A stretch of 64,000 nt of DNA from an uncultured delta proteobacterium (GCA_963845515.1 CAWJSR010000057.1:96001-160000), one strand, 5' to 3'. Counted from the stretch's first letter, positions 41,048 through 51,424 are shown. Program-made: numbers and translations. The notes: generated by a model from the letters alone, not told the origin.

Positions 41048-42457
41048 GTGAAGCGCTCCTCCCCCGGGATCCACGAGGCCGCCGTCCTCCTCGCCATCGC
41101 CGCCGCGTGCGCGCACGCGCCACCAGGTGTCGGCGTCGCCCCCCCGGCACTGGAGCCAGCGCCCCTCCCTCGCGGCGCGACCCCGGTACCCGCGCCGCCC
41201 CTCCCCGCGGCGATCCAGACCACCGCCCGGGTCTCGCTAGCAGCGGTCGGCGACGTCCTCATGCACGACGCCGTCAAGCGCTCGGCGGCCGCTCACGGCG
41301 CGGGCGCTCCCGACGGCGGGTTCGCCTGGCTCTTCGAGCCCGTCGCGGACCTCCTCTCCCGCGCCGACGTCGCCTTCGCGAACCTGGAGACCCCCGTCGC
41401 ACCCGGGAGAGGCGGCGGGACCCGCGAATACGTGTTCAACGCGGCGCCCGACGTGGTCCGCGCGCTCCAGCGCAGCGGGGTCGACATCGTCGCCGTGGCC
41501 AACAACCACGCCTTCGACCAGGGGCGGGCCGGCTTCGAGGAGACCCTCGCCGTCCTCGACGGGCTCGGGCTTCGCCGCGTCGGCGCCGGCCCAGCCGACC
41601 GGCCCGAGGGACCGGAGCTGATCGAGGCCGGGGGGCTGAGGATCGCGTTCCTCGCGTGGGCCCACTTCTTCAACCAGGACGGCAACGAGTGCCCTCCTTC
41701 GCGCGCCGGCGCGCCGGCGTGCGTGCGCGCCGCGACGCTCGACAGGACGCGGGCGGTAGAGGCGGTCAGGGCGGCGGCGGCAGCGGCGGACGCCGTCGTG
41801 GTCTCCCTGCACTGGGGGGACGAGTACCAGCAGCAGCCCCGCGCCGAGGACGTCGCCCTGGCGCACCAGCTGGCGGAGGCGGGCGCGTCGGTGGTCATCG
41901 GACACCACCCGCACGTGCTCCAGCCGATCGAGCTCTTCAGGCGCCGCGACGGGAAGACCACGGTGATCGCCTATTCGCTGGGCAACTTCGTCTCTAACCA
42001 GTCGCGCGGCTACGTCTTCGGCGTCACGCCCGACAAGGCCGCGACGACGCGCGACGGCGCGCTCCTCGAGGTCGAGCTGGTCCGTCGGGACTTCGGGCGG
42101 GGTGTCGTCGAGGTCGAGGTGGAGGGTGCCGGTTACGTCCCGCTCTGGACCGAGAACGACACCCCAGAGATCGACGCGAAGAAGGAGCCGGGGCGGCGGC
42201 CGCGAATCCGGGTGGTCGCCGTGGAGCGGGCGCTCGCGGCCGTGCGCGCCTCCATCGCGGAGGTGCCCGACCCGGTCCCGGAGGCACGGCGCGCGGAGTT
42301 CGTCGGGCTGCGGAAGGCCGAGGCGCTCCTGGCCGCCCGCAAGGACGCGATTGGCCGGGTGCTCGGAGCAGACCTCGAGCGTCCCGTGCCGCCCGAGCTC
42401 CTCGCGCCGGCGGATAGAGCCGCTACGCCTCCCGCGGCCCCTCCCCCGCCGCCGTGA
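41048..42457 (+). CDS. CapA-family (PGA_cap) metallophosphoesterase lipoprotein
   Basis: Lipobox IAAAC; VGDVL, ANLE, ANNHAFD, LHWG, GHHPHV and YSLGNF. Confidence 0.88.
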   Translation: MKRSSPGIHEAAVLLAIAAACAHAPPGVGVAPPALEPAPLPRGATPVPAPPLPAAIQTTARVSLAAVGDVLMHDAVKRSAAAHGAGAPDGGFAWLFEPVADLLSRADVAFANLETPVAPGRGGGTREYVFNAAPDVVRALQRSGVDIVAVANNHAFDQGRAGFEETLAVLDGLGLRRVGAGPADRPEGPELIEAGGLRIAFLAWAHFFNQDGNECPPSRAGAPACVRAATLDRTRAVEAVRAAAAAADAVVVSLHWGDEYQQQPRAEDVALAHQLAEAGASVVIGHHPHVLQPIELFRRRDGKTTVIAYSLGNFVSNQSRGYVFGVTPDKAATTRDGALLEVELVRRDFGRGVVEVEVEGAGYVPLWTENDTPEIDAKKEPGRRPRIRVVAVERALAAVRASIAEVPDPVPEARRAEFVGLRKAEALLAARKDAIGRVLGADLERPVPPELLAPADRAATPPAAPPPPP

Positions 42458-42929
42458 TCGGGCGCGCGTGGCCGGTGTCGGTGGGCTGCAGGTCGGGGCG
42501 CGCCGGGACCTGGAGCTCCACGAGCTCGATGCCGAGCCGCTGCGCGTACTCGAAGATCCGCTCGTCCCGGTAGAACTCGCCGAAGACGATCCGGCGCGCC
42601 CCCGAGTTCGCGATCAGCTTGAAGCAGGGCCAGCAGGGCGACGCCGTCGTGTAGATGGTGGCCCCCTCGATCGCCACGCCGTTCTTCGCCGCCTGGATGA
42701 TCGCGTTCGCCTCGGCGTGGACCGTCGCGACGCAGTGGCCGTCCTCCATCATGTGCCCGACCTCGCTGCAGTGGGGCAGCCCGCGGATCGAGCCGTTGTA
42801 GCCGGTCGAGAGGATTGTCTTGTCCTTGACCAGCACGGCGCCGACGTGTTTCCGGTCGCACGTCGCGCGGGTGGCGACCACGCGCGCGATGTTCATGAAG
42901 TACTCGTCCCAGCTGACGCGGGTGTCCAT
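42423..42929 (-). CDS. dCMP deaminase (ComEB-like)
   Basis: SWDEYFM, RATC..VGAV, TGYNG, HAEANA and PCWPC. Confidence 0.92.
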   Translation of the reverse strand: MDTRVSWDEYFMNIARVVATRATCDRKHVGAVLVKDKTILSTGYNGSIRGLPHCSEVGHMMEDGHCVATVHAEANAIIQAAKNGVAIEGATIYTTASPCWPCFKLIANSGARRIVFGEFYRDERIFEYAQRLGIELVELQVPARPDLQPTDTGHARPITAAGEGPREA

Positions 42930-43022
42930 GTGCTCTCCAGCCCAGGCGCTTCGGCGCGCGAGCGCCACATGGTACCCGAACTCCGTTGCCACACGACCGG
43001 CGGCTGGTAGGATCCCCGCCGC

Positions 43023-43421
43023 ATGATGCTCGCAGCTCCAGCCATCCTCGTCGTCGCGCTCGCTGCGAGCGCCGCTCCCCCGCCTGCCCAGCCGGCGCAG
43101 CCCACGGAGAAGCCAGCGCCGCCCAGGCCCCTGGCGCGCCCGGGCGGCCGCCCGCTCGTCGCCCCCACGGCGTCGCTGCCGTCGGTCGAGGGCGAGCTCG
43201 AGGGGGTCGATCACAGCGCGCACCAGCTCCGCCTGCGGAGCGCAGGCGGCACCCAGCTCCTCTCCTTCGACCGCAACACCGTCGTGCGCGGCCCTTCCGG
43301 CGCCATCACCCCGGTCGAGCTCGCCGCTGGGATGCGGGTCAGGGTCGGGCTGGACGGAGCGCAGCGCGCGGCGTGGGTGGAGCTGAAGCCGCCGGCCCCC
43401 ACGCCGAGCCGCACGCCGTAG
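43023..43421 (+). CDS. Hypothetical secreted protein (OB-fold-like)
   Basis: Signal peptide, Pro-rich linker, small beta domain. Confidence 0.6.
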   Translation: MMLAAPAILVVALAASAAPPPAQPAQPTEKPAPPRPLARPGGRPLVAPTASLPSVEGELEGVDHSAHQLRLRSAGGTQLLSFDRNTVVRGPSGAITPVELAAGMRVRVGLDGAQRAAWVELKPPAPTPSRTP

Positions 43422-43436
43422 TACCCTGTCCCGCGC

Positions 43437-44969
43437 ATGGAGAGGCCCCCCACCGACACGATCATCGGGATCGACCTGGGCACGACCAACTCGTGCGCCG
43501 CCGTCGCCTCCGCCAACGGGCAGGTCAGGCTCATCCCGTACAAGGGAGGCGACCACACCGTCCCCTCGATCTTCGCGATCGACGACAAGGGGAACGAGCT
43601 CATCGGCCACGAGGCGAAGCGCCAGTGGCAGCTCAACCCCCGCAACACGCTCTACGCGACCAAGCGGCTGATCGGGCGCGCCCCGAAGGACGAGGTGGTC
43701 GAGACCGTCCTCCGCACCGTCCAGTACCAGGTGCACGACGGCGGCGCGAACGACATGTCGGTCGACTGCCACGGCCGCTCCTTCCACGTCCACGAGATCT
43801 CCTCCAAGATCCTCGCGAAGATCCGGGAGGTCGCCTCGGAGCACCTGGGGTTCCAGGTGAGCCGCGCCGTGGTGACGGTCCCCGCCTACTTCAACGATCG
43901 TCAGCGCCAGGCCGTGAAGGAGGCGGGCGCGCTCGCCGACCTCGACGTCGTCCGGATCATCAACGAGCCGACCGCCGCGGCGCTCGCCTACGGCGTCGGC
44001 AAGAAGATCGACGAGCGGATCCTCGTCTACGACCTCGGCGGCGGGACCTTCGACGTCTCGATCATCGACATCCGCGACCGCGTCTTCGAGGTCAAGGCGA
44101 CCGGCGGCGACATGTTCCTGGGCGGGATCGACTTCGACAACGCGATGATCCGCCACGTCCTCGACGACTTCAGGGCGAAGCACGGCGTCGACCTCTCGAC
44201 GGATCCCGTGGCGATGCAGCGGATCAAGGACCTCGCAGAGCGGACCAAGATCGACCTCTCGGCGCGCGGTGAGGCCTCCTTCTCGATCCCGTTCATCACG
44301 ATGACGCCGCAGGGGCAGCCGCTCAACGTCGACGTGAAGTTCGACCGGGCGCTGCTGGAGCGGCTCACCGGAGACCTGCTCGACCGCACCATCCTGATCA
44401 TGGGACAGGTGATGGCCGACGCGGGGGTTGGACCCCAGGAAGTCACCCAGATCCTCCTGGTCGGCGGCCAGACGCGGATGCCTGCGATCCAGGAGCGGCT
44501 GACGCAGTTCTTCGGCAAGCCGCCGTCGAAGGGTGTCCACCCGGACGAGGCGGTCGCCATCGGCGCCGCGCTCTACGGCTGGTCGCTGCAGGAGTCCAGC
44601 GATCTGAAGCTCACGCTGCTCGACGTCATCCCCATGGCGATCGGGATCGAGGGAGCCGGCGGGGTGATGCACGTCGTCTTCCCGCGAAACGCGCCGATCC
44701 CGAACGCCCGCTCCGTCGCCGCCACCAACTCCGTGAACGGCCAGACCGAGCTGGTCGTCCGCATCTACCAGGGCGACGACCCGAGCGCGCGCGCCAACGA
44801 GCTCCTGGGCGAGTTCACCTTCAGCGGCGTGCGCCCTCTCCCCGTGGGCGCCGCCCGGCTCGAGATCCACTTCGAGGTGAGCGTCGATGGGATCCTGTCG
44901 GTGTCCTCGCGCGACCTCGACACCGGGCGGGAGATGAAGACCACGGTCAAGGTGGCTGCCTCGAGCTGA
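43437..44969 (+). CDS. Hsp70-family protein lacking the alpha-helical lid
   Basis: [33 protein letters not shown] and LLDVIP. Ends after the SBD-beta (510 aa). Confidence 0.92.
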   Translation: MERPPTDTIIGIDLGTTNSCAAVASANGQVRLIPYKGGDHTVPSIFAIDDKGNELIGHEAKRQWQLNPRNTLYATKRLIGRAPKDEVVETVLRTVQYQVHDGGANDMSVDCHGRSFHVHEISSKILAKIREVASEHLGFQVSRAVVTVPAYFNDRQRQAVKEAGALADLDVVRIINEPTAAALAYGVGKKIDERILVYDLGGGTFDVSIIDIRDRVFEVKATGGDMFLGGIDFDNAMIRHVLDDFRAKHGVDLSTDPVAMQRIKDLAERTKIDLSARGEASFSIPFITMTPQGQPLNVDVKFDRALLERLTGDLLDRTILIMGQVMADAGVGPQEVTQILLVGGQTRMPAIQERLTQFFGKPPSKGVHPDEAVAIGAALYGWSLQESSDLKLTLLDVIPMAIGIEGAGGVMHVVFPRNAPIPNARSVAATNSVNGQTELVVRIYQGDDPSARANELLGEFTFSGVRPLPVGAARLEIHFEVSVDGILSVSSRDLDTGREMKTTVKVAASS

Positions 44970-44977
44970 CCGGCCGC

Positions 44978-45904
44978 TCAGCGGCCGCGATCGCGATCGC
45001 GCCCTCCGCCGCCACCCGAGCGCCCCCGCTCGCCGCCGCGCACCGGCGGTGGCGAAGCCGGCCGCTGCTGCTCGCGGCCTGGCGCCGGCCGAAGCTCCGG
45101 ACGCCCTGCCGGCGACTCACGGGAGGGCATGGCCGGGCGCGGCGCGACACTGTCCGGCGCCCTCTCGCGCTCCGTTCGCCATGCGGGACCCGCCGAGGGG
45201 GCCGGGCGCGAGGCGGTGATCGGGCGCCCCACCCGCTCCTCGATGGCGCGCCGCGATGGACCGCCCCAGGCCGGCGGCGCCGCGACGACGCTCTCCCTCG
45301 ATCTAGTCGTGGTGCGGGGAGGGGCCGGCCTCGTCGCGTTGTACCAGCGGCTGGTGTCGCGCGGCCGGTAGGCGACCGTGTACACGGGGACACCGACGAA
45401 GCGGACGGAGGGGACGAAGGTCCACCAGAAGTCGACGAACGGGTAGCTCGTGACGAAGACCGAGACCCCTGGAGCGAGCGGCGCCCATCCGACGGCGTCG
45501 ATCCCGAACCGCCAGGTCACCCAGGCCGGCGCCCACTGGTAGCCCGGGACCCAGACCCAGCCCCAGGCCGAGTCGTAGACCCAGCGCCCGTAGTGGTAGA
45601 CGGCCCAGGCGAAGGGCTCGTCCGAGTTCCAGTACCAGCCCTCGTCGGTCCAGAGCCAGCTGCCGAAGTAGTACGGCCGCCAGCCCACCGCGACCCTCGG
45701 GCGCCATACGTCGCCGTAGCGCGGCGAGGTGTACCAGTCACCGTGGGAGCCGAGGGTCGTCCGGAAGAGCTCGGGCGTGACGCCGGGCGTCGATCCCTCC
45801 AGGTCGACCGAGACCTCGCCGTTTGGGGGCTCGGCGAGCGCTTCCACCGGTCCGGTGATCAGGGTGACGACGACGGCGAGCCCGGCGAGATGGGTGCTGG
45901 TCAT
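44978..45904 (-). CDS. DUF6600-like secreted Trp-rich protein
   Basis: HGDW..YGDVWRP..WRPY..GSWLWTDEGWYW.SDEPFAWAVYHYGRW..WAPAWV, with a Pro/Arg tail. Confidence 0.8.
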   Translation of the reverse strand: MTSTHLAGLAVVVTLITGPVEALAEPPNGEVSVDLEGSTPGVTPELFRTTLGSHGDWYTSPRYGDVWRPRVAVGWRPYYFGSWLWTDEGWYWNSDEPFAWAVYHYGRWVYDSAWGWVWVPGYQWAPAWVTWRFGIDAVGWAPLAPGVSVFVTSYPFVDFWWTFVPSVRFVGVPVYTVAYRPRDTSRWYNATRPAPPRTTTRSRESVVAAPPAWGGPSRRAIEERVGRPITASRPAPSAGPAWRTERERAPDSVAPRPAMPSRESPAGRPELRPAPGREQQRPASPPPVRGGERGRSGGGGGRDRDRGR

Positions 45905-45928
45905 GGCAGCGCCTCCAACCCCTGGAAA

Positions 45929-45944
45929 AGCAAGGCCGGTGCCA
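45929..45944 (-). promoter_or_regulatory. Sigma-54 promoter
   Basis: TGGCAC-CGGCC-TTGCT (consensus -24/-12), about 25 nt upstream of ATG 45904. Confidence 0.75.
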
Positions 45945-46038
45945 CGCAAACCCGCCGCGATTCCAGGACGTTGGACGGGGCCGCAGGTGTGCGATCCGTC
46001 ACACTGTTGCGCCGGAGACCCGCATCCGGCACGCGGCC

Positions 46039-47328
46039 TCAGGCGAGCTTCTTCTCCTTCTCGAAGGAGAGCAGCGGCGGCTCACGCCCGCGGATCACCC
46101 CTTCGGTGATCACGCACTCCTTGACCCCTTCGCGGAAGGGGACGTCGTACATGATGTCCAGCATCGCCTGCTCCAGGATGGCGCGCAGGCCGCGCGCGCC
46201 CGACTTCCTGCGCATCGCCTCGGTCGCTGCAGAACGGAGCGCGTCCGGCGTGAAGGACAGCTTCACGTGCTCGAGCTCGAAGAGCTTCTGGTACTGCTTC
46301 ACGAGGGCGTTCTTCGGCTGCGTGAGGATGGTGACGAGGTCGCTCTCGGTGAGATCCGTCAGCGTCGCCACGATCGGCATGCGCCCCACGAACTCCGGGA
46401 TCATCCCGTACTTCGTCAGATCTTCGGGCTCCACCTGCGCCAGCGTCTCACCGAGCGTGACCTCTTCCTTGCGCTCGATGTGGGCCCCGAACCCGAGCCC
46501 CTTCACGCCGACGCGCCGCCGGATCACCTGCTCGAGGCCGCAGAACGCGCCGCCGCAGACGAAGAGGACGTTGGAGGTGTCGACCTGGATGAACTCCTGC
46601 TGGTTGTACTTCTTACCGCCGCGAGGGGTGACGTTCGCGCGCGTCCCCTCGACGATCTTGAGGAGCGCCTGCTGGACCCCCTCGCCGCCGACGTCGCGCG
46701 TCGGCGAGGGCGAGTCGCCCTTGCGGGCGACCTTGTCGATCTCGTCGATGTAGACGATCCCGCGCGAGGCCTTCTCGACGTCGTAGTCCGCGTTGTGGAG
46801 CAGGTTCTGGATGATGTTCTCGACGTCCTCGCCCACGTAGCCGGCCTCTGTGAGCGTCGTGGCGTCGGCGATCGTGAACGGGACGTTGAGCAGCCTCGCG
46901 AGCGACTGGGCGAGGAGCGTCTTGCCCGAGCCGGTCGGTCCGATCAGCAGGATGTTGGACTTCTGCAGCTCGACGTCCTCGGCCCCTCCAGGGGCGCGGC
47001 CGTGGCCGCTACGCGCGGCGCGAACCGGCTTTCGGGAGTAGACCCGCTTGTAGTGGTTGTAGACCGCGACCGAGAGGACCTTCTTGGCCGCGTCCTGACC
47101 GATGACGTAGTCGTCGAGGAACGCCTTGATCTCGCTCGGGGTCGGCAGCGAGACCGGCGGCCGTGCGTCCTGGCGCTCGACCTCATCGGCGATGATGTCG
47201 TTGCAGAGCCGGATGCACTCGTCGCAGATGTAGACGGTGGGCCCGGCGATCAGCTTGCGGACGTCGCGCTGGCCCTTGCCGCAGAAGGAGCACTGCAGGT
47301 TGCCGTGGGTGTGTTCTCTCCGGCTCAC
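46039..47328 (-). CDS. clpX: ATP-dependent Clp protease ATPase subunit ClpX
   Basis: CSFCGK..ICDEC Zn-finger, [33 protein letters not shown] loop and GARGLR. Confidence 0.96.
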   Translation of the reverse strand: MSRREHTHGNLQCSFCGKGQRDVRKLIAGPTVYICDECIRLCNDIIADEVERQDARPPVSLPTPSEIKAFLDDYVIGQDAAKKVLSVAVYNHYKRVYSRKPVRAARSGHGRAPGGAEDVELQKSNILLIGPTGSGKTLLAQSLARLLNVPFTIADATTLTEAGYVGEDVENIIQNLLHNADYDVEKASRGIVYIDEIDKVARKGDSPSPTRDVGGEGVQQALLKIVEGTRANVTPRGGKKYNQQEFIQVDTSNVLFVCGGAFCGLEQVIRRRVGVKGLGFGAHIERKEEVTLGETLAQVEPEDLTKYGMIPEFVGRMPIVATLTDLTESDLVTILTQPKNALVKQYQKLFELEHVKLSFTPDALRSAATEAMRRKSGARGLRAILEQAMLDIMYDVPFREGVKECVITEGVIRGREPPLLSFEKEKKLA

Positions 47329-47398
47329 GCTCTACCTCTCCGCAAGACTCTAGCATCAATGTAGCGCGCCCCGAAGGCTCCGCCCGTGAACAGGGGGC

Positions 47399-48019
47399 TC
47401 ACCCCTCCCCTTCCGACAGGGCCGCGAGCGCACCCGCGACGGCGGCCGCTCGCTCGGCGAGGGCGGGAGGCACCCCCCGCTCGGCGCGGCAGGCCTCGGC
47501 GAGCCTGCTCGCCGCCGCCGCCAACCTCGCCAGCCGTTCGCCGCGCGGCGGCGCGGGTGCTGCGGGCGGCTTCCCGTACTTCTCGGTGAGGCGGCGATTG
47601 ACCACGGCGGGGGTCGGCGAGCGCTCGAGGACCTCCTCCCTCAACTCCTGCCAGCCCGACTCCGAGAGCCTGCCGGAGGCCTCCGCGCGCGACAGGACCT
47701 CGATCACCTCGAATGGGGGAGCGCGTGGCTCACCGCGTGACCGCGCGAGCGCCGGCTCGTGGCGATCGAGGAAGCCGTAGCTGGCGAGGAGCTTCTCGGC
47801 GGTCAGCTTCCTGATGAAGAGCTCGCTCGTGCAGTACCGCTCGAAGCTGGCGTGGCCCCACTCGCGCCAGGACTCGTCGCGCTTGACCTGGACGAGCAGC
47901 CGCGCGAGCTCGACCCACGACGCCTTGTAGCGGCGCGCCGCCTCGAGGATCCGTCGCCGCGGGGAGCCGTCCGGCAGCTCCTCGATGCGGCTCGCGATCC
48001 GCTCGGCGGTCGAGGTCAT
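47399..48019 (-). CDS. Hypothetical helical protein
   Basis: ATG overlaps the upstream stop; MTSTAERIAS..SWVELARLL..WREWGHASFERYC. Confidence 0.7.
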   Translation of the reverse strand: MTSTAERIASRIEELPDGSPRRRILEAARRYKASWVELARLLVQVKRDESWREWGHASFERYCTSELFIRKLTAEKLLASYGFLDRHEPALARSRGEPRAPPFEVIEVLSRAEASGRLSESGWQELREEVLERSPTPAVVNRRLTEKYGKPPAAPAPPRGERLARLAAAASRLAEACRAERGVPPALAERAAAVAGALAALSEGEG

Positions 48020-48861
48020 CGGCCGATCCCGAAAGTCAGCGCGATCGTCGGGCGCTGGCCGGGGAACGAGTCGAACTTCCAGGCGCCCAGCTTCCGTGTG
48101 AGGCAGTCCTTGAGCGGGCCGCTCTTGAAGCGCGGCTCGTCGATCCAGAGCTGGGCCACCCGCCCGTCGTTGCCGACGGCGAACTCGAGCGGGATGTTGC
48201 CAGAGAACTCGGGAGATCTGGCGGCCTCGGCGCGGAAGCACTCGGCCAGCGTCCGCTGCTCGCGCGCGACGACCGCCTGGATCCTGGCCGGGTCGTACTG
48301 GGTGGCGACGAGGTCGCCTCCCTCCGCGACCGCGCGCCCGGAGCCCGCGGGCCCTCCCGCTCCCCGCCCCGCAGCGGCGGCACCGGAGCCGAGCTGCTCG
48401 ATGTCGACCGCGATCTCGTCGTCCTGCCGGTGGCCGGTCCCGACGGTGGCCGCGACCGAGATCCGGATGCCGCTCCCGAAGTCCTCCAGCAGCGGGTTCT
48501 TCTGGGCCGACCTGGCGGCGAAGTACCAGGCCGCGTACCCGCCCGCCCCCATGGCGGTCGCGAGCACCACGACCACGGCGACCAGCCCCCGCTTCTTCCG
48601 GCGCTGGCGGAGGAGACGGGCGCCCGTCACCTCCTCCTGGACCCGGAGGGCGGCCTCGGCCCTCCGCGCGTGGATCATGAAGATCGGGACGTCGGCGACT
48701 GTCGTCCAGGTGCCGTCGCCCTGTGAGACCGGTGTGTCGGCGTTCAGCTCTCCTGCGTAGAGCATCTTCGCAAGCCTGCTCGAAGGGATGGGACCGAAGA
48801 CCTTGCCGGTCCTCTTGAAGAGCCACTCTCCGCTCTCCAGAGCGGGATCGTCGATGTGCAT
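48016..48861 (-). CDS. GYF-like / TM / AgmX-PglI (TonB-C-like) domain protein
   Basis: N-terminal WLFK..VFGP..L..GEL..TPV, one TM segment, C-terminal LAECF..LEFAVGNDGRV..CL..WKF. Confidence 0.75.
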   Translation of the reverse strand: MHIDDPALESGEWLFKRTGKVFGPIPSSRLAKMLYAGELNADTPVSQGDGTWTTVADVPIFMIHARRAEAALRVQEEVTGARLLRQRRKKRGLVAVVVVLATAMGAGGYAAWYFAARSAQKNPLLEDFGSGIRISVAATVGTGHRQDDEIAVDIEQLGSGAAAAGRGAGGPAGSGRAVAEGGDLVATQYDPARIQAVVAREQRTLAECFRAEAARSPEFSGNIPLEFAVGNDGRVAQLWIDEPRFKSGPLKDCLTRKLGAWKFDSFPGQRPTIALTFGIGR

Positions 48862-48930
48862 GGGGGGTGGGTTCTCGGCGCGTGAGAGGCACGCTGGGCG
48901 TGCCATCGAGGTATGGTCACGCTAGCAGAC

Positions 48931-49734
48931 ATGCCGAAGCGCCGCTATGCCATCCGGCTCGCCTACGAAGGCGGCCCGTTCAGAGGATTCCAGCGGCAGG
49001 CTGCCCTTCCCACGGTCCAGGAGGCGCTGCAGGGAGCCCTCCTGGCGTGCGGGATCGACGCCCCGATGGCGGTCGCAGCCCGGACCGACGCGGGAGTGCA
49101 TGCGCTGGCGCAGGTGGTGAGCTTCTCCACCGGGGCAGAGATCGACCCACCTGCGCTGCGGAGGGACCTCAACCGGGCACTTCCTACCGGGATCCTCTGC
49201 CTCGAGGTGCGGCAGGTGCCACGCGCCTTCCACGCGCGCGCCAGCGCGTCGTCGCGCCGGTACGTCTACCTGGTCGGCGCGCCGCCGCCGCCGGGGCTCG
49301 CCCCGTACGCGTGGACCCTCCCGGATCCGCGTGCGTTCCCAGGGCTGGGTCCTCGCCCGCTCGACACGGCTACCATGCAGGAGGCGCTCTCCCTCGCGCT
49401 CGGGAGCCACGACTTCGTCGGCTTCTCGCGCCCCGGGGCGCAGCGGAACACCGTGCGGGAGCTGCTTCGCGCGGAGGTCGTCGTCTGCACGGCGGAGCCC
49501 GTCGCGGCGATCGTCATGGAGGGAACGGGGTTCCTCCGCGCGATGGTCCGCAACCTCGTCGGCACGGCAGTGGCAGTCGGGCTCGGGCTCGCCCCTGCCG
49601 CCATCGTCGCCGAGATCCTCGGCGGCCGTGGCCGCTACCGCGGCGTTCGCGCCCCGGGCTGGGGGCTTACGCTCGCGGCTGTGGAATACCCGCCAGCCCT
49701 GTGGCCACCGGAACCGCGACGCGAACCAACCTGA
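48931..49734 (+). CDS. truA: tRNA pseudouridine(38-40) synthase
   Basis: AYEGGPFRGFQRQ, RTDAGVHA, FHAR, HDF and FLRAMVRNLVG. Confidence 0.9.
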   Translation: MPKRRYAIRLAYEGGPFRGFQRQAALPTVQEALQGALLACGIDAPMAVAARTDAGVHALAQVVSFSTGAEIDPPALRRDLNRALPTGILCLEVRQVPRAFHARASASSRRYVYLVGAPPPPGLAPYAWTLPDPRAFPGLGPRPLDTATMQEALSLALGSHDFVGFSRPGAQRNTVRELLRAEVVVCTAEPVAAIVMEGTGFLRAMVRNLVGTAVAVGLGLAPAAIVAEILGGRGRYRGVRAPGWGLTLAAVEYPPALWPPEPRREPT

Positions 49735-49851
49735 TCCGCGCGAGCGCTCCCACGGGCCGCGGGGGCGAACCGCCCACGCGACCGACCGCCGGGAGCCGGA
49801 GCGGGTCCGGGCGTACCGGAGCCGCTCCAGGCTGGACCCGAAGGGCTGGGG

Positions 49852-50064
49852 TCAATTCGCGCTCTCCTCGTCCAGGATCGGCAGCGCGCCGTACTTCGCC
49901 AGCAGGTCGGCGACGGCCTCACGGAGGTAGTCCGACTGCCGAACCCGCGTCTTGCGCGCGAGGTTGCGGAGCTCATTGGCGAGCTGGGGGGGGAGCCGAA
50001 CGAGCATGGGCTCCAGGCGGGTTGCGGGGAAGGCAGGGGATTCCGAGTCGATGTAGGTGCTCAT
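49852..50064 (-). CDS. Ribbon-helix-helix DNA-binding protein
   Basis: MLVRLP..LRNLARKTRVRQSDYLREAVADLLAKY, with AGGAG RBS. Confidence 0.8.
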   Translation of the reverse strand: MSTYIDSESPAFPATRLEPMLVRLPPQLANELRNLARKTRVRQSDYLREAVADLLAKYGALPILDEESAN

Positions 50065-50141
50065 GTGCTCTCCTGTAAGTATTGAAGGATGAACACCTAC
50101 ACGCTACCACCCGATAGCCAAACCCGCAAAAAAAAAGCTTC

Positions 50142-50663
50142 CTACTCGAATCGGTACTGGACGCCGAGTCCGCCTCCGAATGACACGACCCGGCTCTGAC
50201 CCGCGCCAGCCGCGATGAAGCCGGTGGTCAACACTCCGAAGTTACGTGAGAAATCGTACATGAACCCCAGGCCGACCAGCGGGCCGATGGCGAGGCGATC
50301 GGCGACCGACCCCCAGATGCCGATATCGAGGATGGTCTTGAACTCTTCGGTCCCCACGCACGCGCGATAGCGCGTATCGATCACGACGCGCACCCGATCG
50401 GCACCTTCGCTGGCGCGATCGAGGACCGAAAGGGTTGCCCCGAAGAAGAGCTCGTTCCCGTCACCCGATGGGTCGAACCCCCACGCGACGCGCACCGCTC
50501 CGCGCGCAGCGCTCGTCGACGTCGCGCCGGTCCAGAGCACGTCCTTCACCAGCAGCGCCTCCGCGGTCGGGCCCTGCTGGTCGCGATGGTCGAAACGAGG
50601 CTCGAGCGCACCGGCGAGCGCAGGCAGCAGCCACGCCATGCAGGCGAGGACGCGAGCGGTCAC
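50142..50663 (-). CDS. Hypothetical exported, outer-membrane beta-barrel-like protein
   Basis: Signal peptide (VTARVLACMAWLLPALAGA), amphipathic beta strands, C-terminal YRFE. Appears fused to the kinase in the ORF track. Confidence 0.6.
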   Translation of the reverse strand: MTARVLACMAWLLPALAGALEPRFDHRDQQGPTAEALLVKDVLWTGATSTSAARGAVRVAWGFDPSGDGNELFFGATLSVLDRASEGADRVRVVIDTRYRACVGTEEFKTILDIGIWGSVADRLAIGPLVGLGFMYDFSRNFGVLTTGFIAAGAGQSRVVSFGGGLGVQYRFE

Positions 50664-50695
50664 GTGGCCACCGTCAGGGCGCGCCCGATACGCCC

Positions 50696-51350
50696 CTACT
50701 TCCTTCTTCGGCTTGGCGGCGCCCTTCTTCGCGCCTGCCTTCTTGCCGCCCTTCACCTTGGCCGGCTTGCCTCGCCGCGGACGCTGGCCGCCGGTCAGCC
50801 GCCCGAACTCGGCGGGGCCCATCAGCTTCGCGTCCACGAGCCCCTGGAACACCTTCACGACGCTCTGCTCGATCGACTCCTGATCGGTCTTGAGCGTGAC
50901 CTCGGCGTGCTGCGGCGGCTCGTAGGGGATGTCGACGCCGGGGACGTTCTTCGCCTCGCCGGAGAGCGCCCGCTTGTAGGTACCCTGGGGATCGCGCTCC
51001 ATCAGCTTGTCCATGGAGCAGTCGACGAAGACCTCGGCGAAGCGCTTGGCCTCCTTGCGGAGCTGGTCGCGCACGTCACGCCACGGGGAGAGCGCCGCGC
51101 AGACCGCGATCCCGCCCGATCGCGCGACGGCCTTCGCGACGAAGCCGATCCGGCGCACGATGCGCGCGTGATCCTCGCGCGAGTCGGCGAGCCCCTCGAG
51201 CAGCGCCTTTACGTCGCCGTCCTCGTCGAGGAGCTCGACTGCGCGCCCAGACGCGGTGAGCCGGTTCGCTACCAGCTTCGCGAGCGTGCTCTTCCCTGCG
51301 CGCTTCATGCCCGTAAGCCAGATCACGAACCCGGTCGACTGCGTATCCAT
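50696..51350 (-). CDS. cysC: Adenylyl-sulfate kinase-like protein (stop shifted by a probable one-base insertion near 50700)
   Basis: IWLTG..AGKST, RRIGFVA, SP..RD, EVFVDC..ERDP.G.Y..A and GVDIPYEPP. Removing one G gives ..AAG AAG AAG TAG. Confidence 0.75.
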
Positions 51351-51424
51351 GTGCCCTCCGAGGCAGTCCCCAATCGGGCGGCGAAGGCGCCGTCGCCAAC
51401 GAGATGACCGCGAAATCGTTGGCG

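Noticed and set aside
50142..51350. Novel APS kinase / beta-barrel fusion (402-aa ORF)
   Set aside because: An internal signal peptide and a one-base fix (AAG AAG [G] AAG TAG) restore two separate genes, consistent with the other indel errors.
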